In this document: one piece after another, positions 1 through 11,385 of the stretch
Numbering within the stretch: the first letter of the stretch is position 1
Layout: each line of letters starts with the position of its first letter
NCBI GenBank assembly: GCA_001687465.1
Contig: LVLI01000593.1
Location: 1-64,000 of the forward strand
DNA from: Halocafeteria seosinensis
Taxonomy: Eukaryota
DNA: 64,000 bases
Direction of reading: 5' to 3'
Position numbers and translations under genes: made by a program
The notes under the pieces: generated by a model
Told to the model about the DNA's origin: nothing
The model's database searches: none
Seen by the model: the letters and a program-made list of their open reading frames with translations, nothing else

Positions 1-298
1 TTGAATTCCTTCGTTGCGTGCGTCCCGGGGCTTACGGGATACACCGGCTTCTGCGAGAGATTTTGTTAGCACATAACTAAACAGTGAATAAATATCACGC
101 TCAAATTCCTTACCCTCTCTTCTCGCCTTGAGAAAATCGTTTACAGTTTGCTGTACGCTCTCCGTTTGCTTAAGCAACGTCCCACATTTTGCAGCATGTT
201 CGACTTTCTGAATCCATATAAATTCCTAGAAAGTTCTGCTTTCCCAGCACCATTCTATAGTTATGGGATGTATTCCGATACGTGTATTTCCGATAATC

Positions 299-1015
299 AT
301 GGCAGCAAGGTCTCCAACCGAGGTACGTGTTGCTGAACTTGAGAATTCAGCGTCCCTGTTTAAGATGATGGAGTGTACATGCGCTAAGCCGGATACCGCA
401 AAGCAAAGGCAATAACATTTCTCATCTTTTATTCTGAACAGAGTTCCCAAGAGGGACAGACGGTTGCTGTGGAAGGTCGAGGACATCCTGCCAGGGAGGT
501 ACTTCTATTTGAAATATGCAGCGAGGTGAAATGCTTAATGTGCTCTCTCGTATGAGTACACAGCAATCGTCTAAGGATACCTGTCAAATTGAACCGTCGT
601 TGGAAGCATGTGGCGAAGCACTGCACGTAGTATGTACCCAGATTGTGCCAATCCGTAGTGCTGCTCGGCCTCCTACCTTTTCCAAATATAACAGGAAGAA
701 TTGGGTTTGGTTGTGAGCTTACCACAAACATTGGCACCAACATTGGACTCTATTTTCCCTCTCCCTGAATCTGCTGAAGATCGAGCGAAGTTTTACAAGC
801 TTTGCCGAAAACGACCTGCGCATATTGATGAAAAATCGTTCTGCGACTTAGTTAACAAAGTCATAGTTCAAGGTGTCCTTCATTGGCTTTCACCCTTTGG
901 GCTCACCAAGGGAATTCACCCAATCATCAGAGTCCTTTATGTTTTCCATATCGGAAGTTTCAACGGATTCGAAATAACTGAACTTCCAGTTAGGGTACTC
1001 AGAAGGCTCAAATAA
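299..1015 (+). CDS. Putative small spliced gene, unknown product
   Basis: Exons 299-322, 442-498, 564-629 and 695-1015 join in frame through three phase-0 GT-AG introns (119, 65, 65 nt), giving MAARSPTE-SSQEGQ...-QSSKDTC...-EELGLVVSLPQ...; no recognisable domain. Confidence 0.4.
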
Positions 1016-2110
1016 CCAAAATTCAGTACCGTTAGCATGGGTGCCCAGCAAAACTTTGCCATCCACCTCTTGAAGCTTATGATTCCCGTTCTTCCAGTAA
1101 TCAAATGCAGACTTGGAGTGATTCACTAGTATCCTTTTCCAGGGTCTATGGTTAGTGGGAAATTTCAGTCGCTTTTGATGTAGCTTGGGCTCGTCATTCC
1201 GCACTTTAGGGTCAAGTACGACACTGTAAAATATGTCACGGATAAAGTCCCATAGAAATGTTAGACGGCGCCTATCAAAAAGCTCCTCAACTCTATCTGA
1301 AAGGTAAAGGCCATTTCGAGGGTCATTTATATCCTCGGGGTAGAGTCCCCAATCTGACATGATTGCCGATCCGTGAACGGGGCAGAGGTGAGCGGCGCGT
1401 AAGTTTGTTCTAGCACCCGTCAGCTGGCACTTGGGGCGTGCAACTGAATACTTTTTCCGCTTGTTGTCGTATTCCCCAAAATAGTAACTCTTGACTTGAT
1501 GAGCAAAATCTTTGCATCGGGCAGGCGATGTTTGAGTAAAATGGTCCCACGGGTTACGTTGGCGGTCCCAAGCACTCGTCACTTGTGCAATAAACTCGGA
1601 CATCTTCTTCTCGATTCCTTCTGTAGGCTCCTCTTCCTCATGTTTACAAATGTAGCGAATCAAACCTATCAGACTTGACTGCAAACCAGAGAATTCGAAG
1701 GCTTTGAAAATAGAGGCATTCTCCTCCCACCACGCCTTCACCTTCTCTGTTGCTTTCTTGTCTTCGTTACCAAGAAAAACCCGTTTCAGTTTTCCTTCCT
1801 CGAAGACCACACGAGCCTCTGAATCTCTAGCTAAAAAGCAGGCTACAATGAGTTCTCTTCGCAGTGCTTCAAAGTTCTCTTCGGCTAGCTTACGGGCAAT
1901 ACCTTGCTCCGAGGGCACCGAAATGCACTTCGCGACCTCATCGTCCATTTCTCGTACTCCTACCTTTCCACCAAGCTCAAGACATGTATCAATGCCTGTG
2001 TTGAGCTCGTCATCCATACCGTCTTTGACAGTACATGCTCCAATGAAGTAGTCCTTTTGTTCCTGAAGCGCTCGAACCAACTTCGGCAAAGGGGTAGCAG
2101 CAGCAGCCAT
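890..2110 (-). CDS. HNH endonuclease-domain protein (eukaryotic HNH_2 / Crinkler-type toxin-like)
   Basis: Intronless ORF with C-terminal CQLTG...RAAHLCP...DINDPRNGLYLSDRVEELFDRRRLTF, the HNH_2 pattern. Likely start MAAAATP at 2110; the ORF is open to 2194. Confidence 0.8.
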   Translation of the reverse strand: MAAAATPLPKLVRALQEQKDYFIGACTVKDGMDDELNTGIDTCLELGGKVGVREMDDEVAKCISVPSEQGIARKLAEENFEALRRELIVACFLARDSEARVVFEEGKLKRVFLGNEDKKATEKVKAWWEENASIFKAFEFSGLQSSLIGLIRYICKHEEEEPTEGIEKKMSEFIAQVTSAWDRQRNPWDHFTQTSPARCKDFAHQVKSYYFGEYDNKRKKYSVARPKCQLTGARTNLRAAHLCPVHGSAIMSDWGLYPEDINDPRNGLYLSDRVEELFDRRRLTFLWDFIRDIFYSVVLDPKVRNDEPKLHQKRLKFPTNHRPWKRILVNHSKSAFDYWKNGNHKLQEVDGKVLLGTHANGTEFWLFEPSEYPNWKFSYFESVETSDMENIKDSDDWVNSLGEPKG

Positions 2111-3062
2111 TTCCGATACACCGTATGTTTGTATGTATAGTACAAGGATTCTTCTTTGTTTTGTTTCTTGACTCCCTCGTGATGATTTCCTCATGGCAAT
2201 CTACTACGAGTGCCAAACTGGCAGGCTGGCACAAAAGTTACATAGGTCCGGCTCCCTGTTGGGAGAAGGGGATTGGTGGTCACATTATGTATTGTTATGG
2301 TAGCGTACATATCTGGGATGTCCCTAGTATGACATGAGACGATGCGGTGCCGCCTGGAGTCTCCAAGACCGAACGAATCCTTGGAAGGAGCGTGACAAGT
2401 ACAGCAACACTAATTATAGAATGACATTTACGACGACAGACTTGCGTGCTATGACCGCCGTGTTCTTTCGATGCTTCTCTTATCGCTCCCCCGGGGTCTA
2501 TAGGTGATAGTTGGATATCTCCCCCCTCCCCAGGCAACTCACCAGTTTGGTTGCATACGTTTCGTTTCTTGTTTCTGTTCGGATTTAACATGAGTCTATG
2601 GCCTCACCATTTTATGATCTGTTGTCGGCTCGAAATCGGAAGTGTCGCAAAGTCTTGTCGCTGATATCCAATCCTGATCAGGGAAGGTCAGTATCCGTCC
2701 TATCGCCTACAAGGCCAAAGACACACACGACGACCCAACCCGACAGTCTGAAACTCGGCTTGCGTCTGCTGCGGCGAGAACACTGCTTGTCAGTAATAAC
2801 CTTCTACTAACGATTGGATGTCTTGTACAATGCACCGTAGCAAACTACCCGGTCTATCCGTTTCCTTTCAAATTACTTAGCTGCATCGTTGTCTCACGTC
2901 AATGACCGCGGTAGGACAAGTAGCAGCGGCATCTGGATCATAACCAGGAATAGTCCAGCGGAACGGAGCCAGCTATATAGTTCGTCTTCATCAATTAGTA
3001 TGAGCAAACGCATATGATCCTACTCAAAGGCTCATCCCGCTCTTCGAGAGGGCACGGACTGA

Positions 3063-3488
3063 ATGGTTCCACCTTAGGAACCTCCCAATGGTGAGGAGCC
3101 AGAGATTAGGTTCATACGCAGGGCCTTAAACTCGACTGCCGAGCGCTTGGCTAAGACCGCGTCAAACAACCCAATGGGAACTGGTTTCTCTTGCTTAGAC
3201 TGGCAACCTAGAGCTACGCATACGGTAGATGATGTCGAGAGGTCTATCGACTTCAGGCTCCACGACAAGCGGATCCTCGTCCACTGGAAGGGCTAGTCAG
3301 AGGCAGCACGGACGTGGGAACCGGTTTCGTGGCTTCAGAAGGACCCGGGTAACCGCATATTCTTTGACATCGCGCAGGAAATGTACAACAACCTGGGCTT
3401 TGTTGACGAAACTGAGGTGGACGGAACTCCTAGCGTCAGATGGGGGCTTGGCATTGGCCACAACTGTTGCGTCTGGACCAACACTTAA
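3063..3488 (+). pseudogene. Decayed chromodomain-coding relic, possibly from a chromovirus-type LTR retrotransposon
   Basis: One frame reads DDVERSIDFRLHDKRILVHWKG*SEAARTWEPVSWLQKD (3228-3344), matching chromodomain VE.I.D.R...LV.WKGY.....TWEP. In-frame TAGs at 3075 and 3294. Confidence 0.6.
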
Positions 3489-4480
3489 TCCTAACTGCGC
3501 TGCTGTGGCAGGCTCAGGGCTTCTCGTCCCAGACTAAGCCTTGACAGTAACTCTGACATCGTTGGCGCGGGCATGGCACCTCCCCCGAGGCCTCCTGAGC
3601 AAAACCGGTGTTGTGTTCCCTCACGGCGCATGTCAGCAAGGCTGCAGGAACAGCGGGTCCGTCGCTGCTTAACACGGGCGCATACCACTCCTCGTTAAGA
3701 GGATGTGGTCAACTCCCCCGACGGTGGGCTATCTGTCACATATGTATGTGTGTGTGTACTCACAAGTACAATTGGGTATCACAAACGTACACAAGTAGAC
3801 AGTTTCCAGCCTTTTATTCCCGAAACGAAGCGAAGAAAAGATCAGAGATTCCCCAAGAAGCTGACACATAACCTTTACCTCCGTTGAAGCGAGGGAGCAA
3901 GCCAAGCAAGCCACTACAGCCTGAATTAGGAGATATTCTGTATGGAATCATAGCGGTAGCTGCCATTGGAGTGTTAATGCCTCGTTGTACGAGAATTCTC
4001 CGGTTCCTTTTACTCGACACTACTTTATCATATAAAAAGACGGCAATTTGCAATACCGTACGTCGGAACCCTGCTTCCCGACTAGTGTTTGGGGTTTAGA
4101 CGCAGTTCGAACGAACACTCTCCAATTCTACGTCGTGATGAGTGTTCAGGAAGCTTCACCAGCGCACTGCGTACTAAAGCCTCATTTTCACGTTTGCCAT
4201 AGCTGGCAGTCTAAGACTGTGCAAGTACAGTAAGTGGCCACTAAATTCTTGACTCCACTACTGTACCGCCAGGCAAGTAATTTCGACATATTCATTGCAG
4301 CGACCAAACTATAGGTATCTCCGGTCACCCCACGATCGTTTAGGACCAGTGGGAGCCACAATGGCGCACTTGTCAGACTTGTGAACAGCTCGCCAATTCT
4401 TGGATTCGCCGAAGTTCTCGGTTGTTAAGGTGCAATGTATTCAGATCTTAACTTTTGCGACGATTAGCTGCAACCACAAG

Positions 4481-5761
4481 TTACTCCAATAACGTTCCGA
4501 AACCAGCGGTATTAGTAACATCAAAGCACCAAGAGGAGAGTCGCTCAAATGCTGAAGCTTTTAAGAACGGTTGTGCCATCACGAAGGACATTACGTAGAG
4601 TGTCCCAATTACAACATATCGCCGCATGCGCACCGGAACGATATGCTCCATAGTCCTCCAAAAGAGCATGCAGACCAATTGGATGGCGAAGAATCCCACT
4701 TGAGATCCATCCAGTATTCCGAAAGTGCTCTGCGAGATCAAATGTTAAAAAGAAGCACGTCCTCTATAGACGTTAGAATAATAATAACGTAAGGAGGTAC
4801 GTACATAGCATAGCAGTTCGTGCCATACACCACTGATAAGGAAAACTGATGCGAAGCAGACACTTCTTGGTAGACCTTGCTTGCGGAGAGGAACATACAC
4901 TGAATATTTTAGAGCATGATGAACTGGAATATTCCAGTTCGACCAAAAGTCAGCAAACCCGTTGGACTGCAGAGGCGATCCGAACACATCAGGAGCAATC
5001 ATGCCAACATTATCGAGAAGCATTTTTACAATTTCTTGAGACGTTGAGATAAAGCAATACATCTCCAAACAGAAAACTAATACTCTCCAAGCATACGGCT
5101 TTGTTACGTCTTTTACCACAAAGTCAACATACAGAATCACGAGAGAACCCGCAGTCTTGAGGAAAATGGATCGAAGTAGCGGCAACGAAGCCGGTCGATT
5201 ATATCCACACTTGATTCCGTCGCTTCCATGACGCCATGCAGGGTGAAGCCAGGGAATACCAATTGCTTGATGAATTAGCAATTTCTGGTAGATGACGAAC
5301 CTCCGGAATAAACTTAAGTGATCCTTAGGCTGGGTGTATACCTCCTGAATGGGGGGCGGTATACCTATCAGAAGTCGGTTCCAAGAATCCTGTGTGCCTT
5401 CCGCTTTCTTCGAACGGGGCTGAAAGTTTCCCACTAGAACTGCTAGCCGCCTATGGGTGGTTAAGAAGAGATGGCCACTTAGAGCTATGCCAAAAAACTG
5501 CATCTAGTGAGCATCGCTTATTCTGAGTTAGCGCCACACATGGAAAACACCTCTACTTACCGCACCTACACCAGAAACTACCCGGAAGTGCCCAACGAAG
5601 ATCCATAAGAACGTAGCTATCATGAGTATAAGTAGTTGGTGCTTGGTTCGAATGTTTGAGTAAACTAGTTCTAGTTGTATGGCTGTGAGAACTGAGTGCC
5701 CAAGCCACCACACTACCAAGCTCGCAAGCGGCGACGGTCGGAGATCGAGTTCCCAGGTCAT
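4481..5761 (-). CDS. Membrane-bound O-acyltransferase (MBOAT; wax synthase/sterol acyltransferase-like), 3 exons
   Basis: FGSPLQSNGFADFWSNWNIPVHHALKYSVYVPL...FLISGVWHELL with the catalytic His; hydrophobic helices; GT-AG introns join ORFs 5528-5770, 4745-5503 and 4481-4741. Confidence 0.85.
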
Positions 5762-6101
5762 AATTGTCAAATTTCATACACTACGACACGTCGACAACTC
5801 CTTTCAAATCTTATATAATTGATTTCCGGAACATTATGGAAAAGTCTGAGTAGTGTCGATACGCAAGAGTGTGTACGGGTTTGTTCACTACCATCTGACG
5901 TGGTTGAGATGGCAGAGATCCGGTACAATGTAGAATTGTACACTGCCGAGCGACGCGGCATTCACAAATTCACGTATACCATTGTTTTCGGCACATTAGG
6001 AATTGCACGCGGACTTTTTTCCCACGAAGAGCAAATCCTACTCTCTCAAACTATTGTGCTGAATTTAACTAAACTACCTACACGCACTGGCCGCCTGGGC
6101 C

Positions 6102-6131
6102 TGAGTTGTGAGTCAACTGACTCACAACTCA
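6102..6131. promoter_or_regulatory. Perfect 14-bp inverted repeat carrying two AP-1-type sites
   Basis: TGAGTTGTGAGTCA-AC-TGACTCACAACTCA, about 340 nt upstream of the MBOAT start. Confidence 0.55.
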
Positions 6132-6469
6132 CACTGCTTACTTCATGGTGCCGAGGTACACAGCCGTAAACCTTTAGCTAGCGTAACCGGATAGAAAGGA
6201 CTGGATTGCTGAAGTCCAGAAAGAAAGAAAAGAAGGAACTGAGACATACACTTCGTGAACATCCTGTGTATTGGGACCGGGACAGTCAGGGGAGGTACCT
6301 ATTGTTTACGACGGGGGAAATAGTTGGACTGCGGGCGCCGACGACTGCCCAGGTCCACGCACTGCTTGATGTTGTCTTCCACTCCAACCAATTTGTTTAC
6401 TTCTACTGAAAATGGACTGGACGCGAACCCCGTTTAATCGATAATACACTGGAAGCATGTTGGAAAGGC

Positions 6470-9400
6470 TCAATGGCATTGGCAGTTGTCACAGCAACGC
6501 TTGTCTCCATTACTAGCGCAACAATCTGTGGCCTCTTGGACGTTGATGTGTACCTCTGGCACAGCAGCGGGATCTTCGACAACTGATCCACTCTTGGTAA
6601 CGCTGAACCTCTTATTACCAGAGCAATCGTGGCATTCACATTTGCAGCGGGAAGTGATATCCATCATATCAAAGCCGGACTCGTCTCCCACTGTATTTTC
6701 TAAGAGAGGGTTCTTCTCTGAGGATCCCATAGGAAGTGCCCGGGTACTGGCGGGTCCAAGCTGTTTGCTACGGAGTAACATAGAGCGAACGTCAGGTTTC
6801 TTGTACAGACGCAGTAGCAAACTTGACACAACCACGGAGACGGAGGAGAGTGCCATTGCCAAGCCGGCAAAAGCAGGTGGCAACCCAATCTTCGTCGCAG
6901 GAAAGAGAACACCCGCAGCCAAAGGAATCCCGATGGTGTTGTACATAAGAGCCCAAAGCAAGTTGATCTTAATTCTTCTGAACACAGTCCGTGATAAATC
7001 GATCGCTGTAACGACATCTCTCAGGTCACTTCGTACAAGAACGATGTCTCCAGTTTCGACAGCAATTTGCGTCCCAGCCCCCACAGCGATTCCAACGTTG
7101 GCTGTGGCTAATGCGGGGGAGTCATTGATGCCATCTCCTACCATTGCCACAACATTGTTATCGTCTTGAAGTTCCTTAATCTTTTGGGCTTTTCCATCTG
7201 GACTAACACCGGCCAATACGTTGGACGCTTCAATGCCGACAGTCTCGGCTACAGCCTTGGCAGTTCTTTCATTGTCACCGGTAATCATCCATACGGCAAT
7301 GCCAAGGTACTTGAGAGCCGCTACTACGGTTGCTGATTCGTCTCTGGGGGAATCTGCGATACCAATGATACCCCGAATGATGCCATTCGTTGCAAGCAGA
7401 ATGCCAGTTTCTCCCCATTCTTGGATTCGTTGAAGCTCTTGAATAGTTCGTGATTTCACATGAACCGAATTGTTGTCCATCCAGGTTTTGTTGCCGATGA
7501 GAACGTCCGTTTTACCGACACTACAGGAAACTCCTTGCCCCGGTTCTACTACGTATGTGTCCGGATCGGCTGCCGTAGCTTCCAGGCGTTTCCGTTTTTC
7601 GCTTGGCTGAAGTGATTTTGCAGCTTCGATGATCGCCTGACCCAACGGATGCTCACTTCCGGCTTCGGCCACGGCTGCGTACTGTAGGACTTGTTTTGGA
7701 TCAAAATCCACATCAACGTGCTCGCCTTCATTACTACTCTCCCACGGCGTAATGGTAACGTTTTTCACAGCAGGCTTTCCTTCCGTCAGAGTACCAGTCT
7801 TGTCGAAAACAACGGTACTAACGTTGTGAGTGGTCTCCAGTGGACCTGCTCCTTTGATCAATACGCCATTCTGCGCACCTACGCCAGTGCCTACCATTAC
7901 GGCAGTCGGAGTCGCAAGCCCCAGAGCACAAGGACACGCAATGACGATTGTAGCCAGTGCGAAGTCAAGAACGAACAAAAATTTTGTTGATCCAGAAGGA
8001 ATCCATGTCGAAGGTATGGAGCCACTGTACATCGCCGACGCCCAGACAATGAATGTAAGAATCGAAATACCAATTACTGTAGGAGCAAATCTCCCGGAGA
8101 TCTTATCTGCCAGGTCCTGAATAGGGGCCTTACTCAATTGCGCTTCTTCAACGAGCCTAACAATTTGAGCTAGCGTACTGTCGTCGTCTGACTTTGTTGC
8201 CATTATTATCATGACCCCGCTGCTGTTCACAGTACCCCCGAAGACATCTTCACCTGCACTTTTGGACACGGGGACGCTTTCTCCGGTCAACATACTTTCG
8301 TCAACTGAGCTCTTTCCTGCTATCACAACTCCATCTACTGGAATGCGAGAGCCCGGATATACTTTGCAACAGACTCCAGGTCCCACATCAGATATTTCAA
8401 CATTCTGTTCCTCAAACCCAGGATGAAACGCAGCACTCGTTATGCCGCTGTCGTGAGCCAGGGTCACTAAATCGTTATTGCTCATTTTGGTATCCTCTTT
8501 GATGCCAAAAGAAAATATGGTTCCTCCCTCTTTGGACAATGCCACGGCAGAAGTCGGCTGAAGCTCCATCAACGACGCTAAAGCATCGTTAGTTCGACCT
8601 TTAGCGCGGGCCTCTAAGTATTTTCCCATGACAACAAAAGCCAGAAGCAACGCGGACGTCTCAAAAAATTCGTGGCTTTTGTAAACACCACTGGAAGCAA
8701 TTGCAATAATAACATCAATCAGAGAGGCCACGTACGCTACCGTCGTTCCTACCATGATGAGGAAGTCCATACCAATGTTACCGTGCTTAATACCATTCCA
8801 TGTATTCCTGTAGAAGGGAGCCCCGATATAGAATTGGACAGGGGTCGCCAAAAGCCACCCAACAAAAGCTTGAACTGTGAGGCCCTTGACGCCAAAGGCA
8901 TAGTGAGCCATTGCCTCTTCAACAGGCGGGGTCGATGGGGGTAATATCATGGTGATTAAAAAAAGAGGGAAGGCAAAAACCATGGAAAAGCAGAGCCTCC
9001 AAAGCCAAATTCGCATCGCCTCCGCTTGTCGTGCCTTCATTTCATCTAGGCCCGACCTTGAACCTTTGCCTTTGCTGCCCCCTGTCCGCTCTGCCCCAAA
9101 TCCTACATGCTGTATCGCTTCAATTATTTCATTGGAGCTTATCACACTGGAATCGTATGTAACCTCTCCTCTTTCCATCGTTAGAGCTATGTGAGCTTCA
9201 ACTACACCCGACTGTCGTAGCAAATGCTGTTCGATCTTGTTTGCACATGAGGCGCAGCTCATACCCGAAATGTTGAGCGTTACAGTTGAGCTTTCCTGAT
9301 CTTGCAGAGTTGCCTCGAATCCTAGTTCATTAATCTTTTCAGCCAACGCTTGAGGTGAAATGATTTTCGGATTATGTTTTATTTCGCCCAGTTCGAGTGA

Positions 9401-10787
9401 CACTGAGACACTAACTGAGGTCACCCCCTCCATTTCTTTTAGATTTCGTTCAATACTGGAAGAGCAGGAGGCACAGCTCATGCCTTTGATCATAACCTTG
9501 GTAGACTTCTCCTCGCTACCCTTATCGGTGTTCGCCTGGTAAGTATTCTTGCCTTTTCCACCATGATCTGCTTTTTCTGATTGCCTCTCGGGAGACGCAT
9601 ACTCACAGCCCACATCGCGCAAAGTGGCATTGAATCCTACGTTGTTGATGCAGCCTTCAATTTGTTTAGGAGTCGTGCTATTCGGTTGAAATAGCACCAC
9701 GGCTTCCTTGTTTTCCAACGATACATCCGCCTTCTCTACCCCATCGGCCTTTTCGAGAGCCTTCTGGATAGTATTTACGCACGACTGGCATGTCATACCT
9801 TCTACACTGAGGTAGCATACGTGCTGTTCATCGATTCCTGTCTCTGAGGTGGTGGCAACCTTGTTATCTTGGTAAGCCTGGCAATCAAAACCGAGAATGT
9901 CCACCATGTCAGCCAGTTTGCTGTAATTTGTCGAGTCGCTTTTATATAAAACCGTAGCGGAATTGTTCTGCAGAGAAACGTCGGCTTGAACGACTCCATT
10001 CACGTTTTCAAGACCTTGTTTCACCGTCCCTACACAGGAAGAGCATGTCATGCCTTCCACAGTTAGAACACATCTTCGGTAAGAAGGCTTCAAGCTCTCG
10101 TTGACAGCAGATTCTGACAGAATTTCACAGTCGAATCCAAGCGCATCAACAGTAGATTTCAGATCGTTAGTCGAAACGTTGGTCGGATCATACGATACAG
10201 TGCCTTTGCTATCCTGCAACGATACCTGCACGGAATCGACTCCCTCCAGTTTACTCAAGCCATTCTCCACCGTGCTCGTGCACGATCCACACGTCATGCC
10301 CGTTATTTTCAAGGTACATTTCTTTCCTGCTTGAGCGCTCGACTGATGCCATTCTGTGGCGTCAAAACCGACAATGTCCAATCTCTGAATTAATTGCTCT
10401 GGAGTTGGTCCCTGGCTCGTGTGCTGCTGCTGCTTGCTCTTGTTCTTACACCCTTTCTGATTCCCCAACGTGGAGTCCTCCGTCAACAGTCTTTGTGAAG
10501 GAGCCTCTGACGAACCTGAACGTGGTGCTGTATGAACATGAACTAGCTTATTCTCGAGGTCAATCTCAATGTCTTTGACCCCCTCTTCCTGGTGCAGTGC
10601 GTGCCGAATTGTCGTCCCACAGCTCTTCATACTGCACCCATGCCCTTGAAACGTGGGTGAACAGATACAGAGAGATTGTAAAGAGGACAATATGGACGTA
10701 CCACATCATCTCAGGAACGTGTAATGTGATAATAGAGGCATCTTCGGGCTCCTGTTCTCGGGTCGAAACCATCTCGTACGAGGCCAT
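6470..10787 (-). CDS. ATP7: Copper-transporting P1B-type ATPase (ATP7/RAN1/CopA family), 2 exons
   Basis: Five GM(T/S)CxSC HMA domains plus one MMCMKSC domain; [37 protein letters not shown] and MALSS motifs; intron 10632-10701. Confidence 0.97.
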
Positions 10788-11385
10788 TTTTCGTCCAATC
10801 TGTTACGTTTTTTCACAAAAGACTCACAACAAATTTTAAAAACCGAGGAGGAGCACTCATGTACTCGTACCAACCTCTATGATACCGTGAATAGCCTTGT
10901 ATATGTGCAGATTCTTGGCGAAGCCCCTGGAAAAAGACAACAATCATTTCGTCGACTAAAACTTCAACGTTTCAACATGGAATCCGATGGAGACCGCAGC
11001 CTCGACTCGAGCTGCGTCCGAACACTTTGAACCCGGGGGCTAATAGATTGATATGAATAAACCGTCACGAACACATAAATACAGACGCTAACATACGGTA
11101 CTAAATTGTAATCATTCACGAATGTGGGTTACATGGGAAATGCTTTGTATACGTATGGTAGTGTTTATTACCACGTCGGGGCATTAGCTTGAAGTCCCTA
11201 CCGTAGATTGGCGAACCACGTCATCAAGTCTTGCGTGGCTGCAAGGAGGCGTACATTGACGGTACAGTTTGCATATTTTGTACCAGTAGGTATTGTCAGA
11301 GTTCGCCAGAAATTGAACATCGAGGAAAGCCTCTGGACAAAATAAGGTACATCTTTTGCGAGAAGGATAAGCTACTGAAGCTACG

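Noticed and set aside
2355..2400. Peptide AWSLQDRTNPWKE resembling AWDRQRNPWD in the HNH protein
   Set aside because: Too short, and the similarity does not extend on either side.
6486..10334. Antisense ORFs over the Cu-ATPase (and similar ones over the PDE, CFAP97-like and RRP12 genes)
   Set aside because: Shadow frames of long coding regions with no recognisable protein features.
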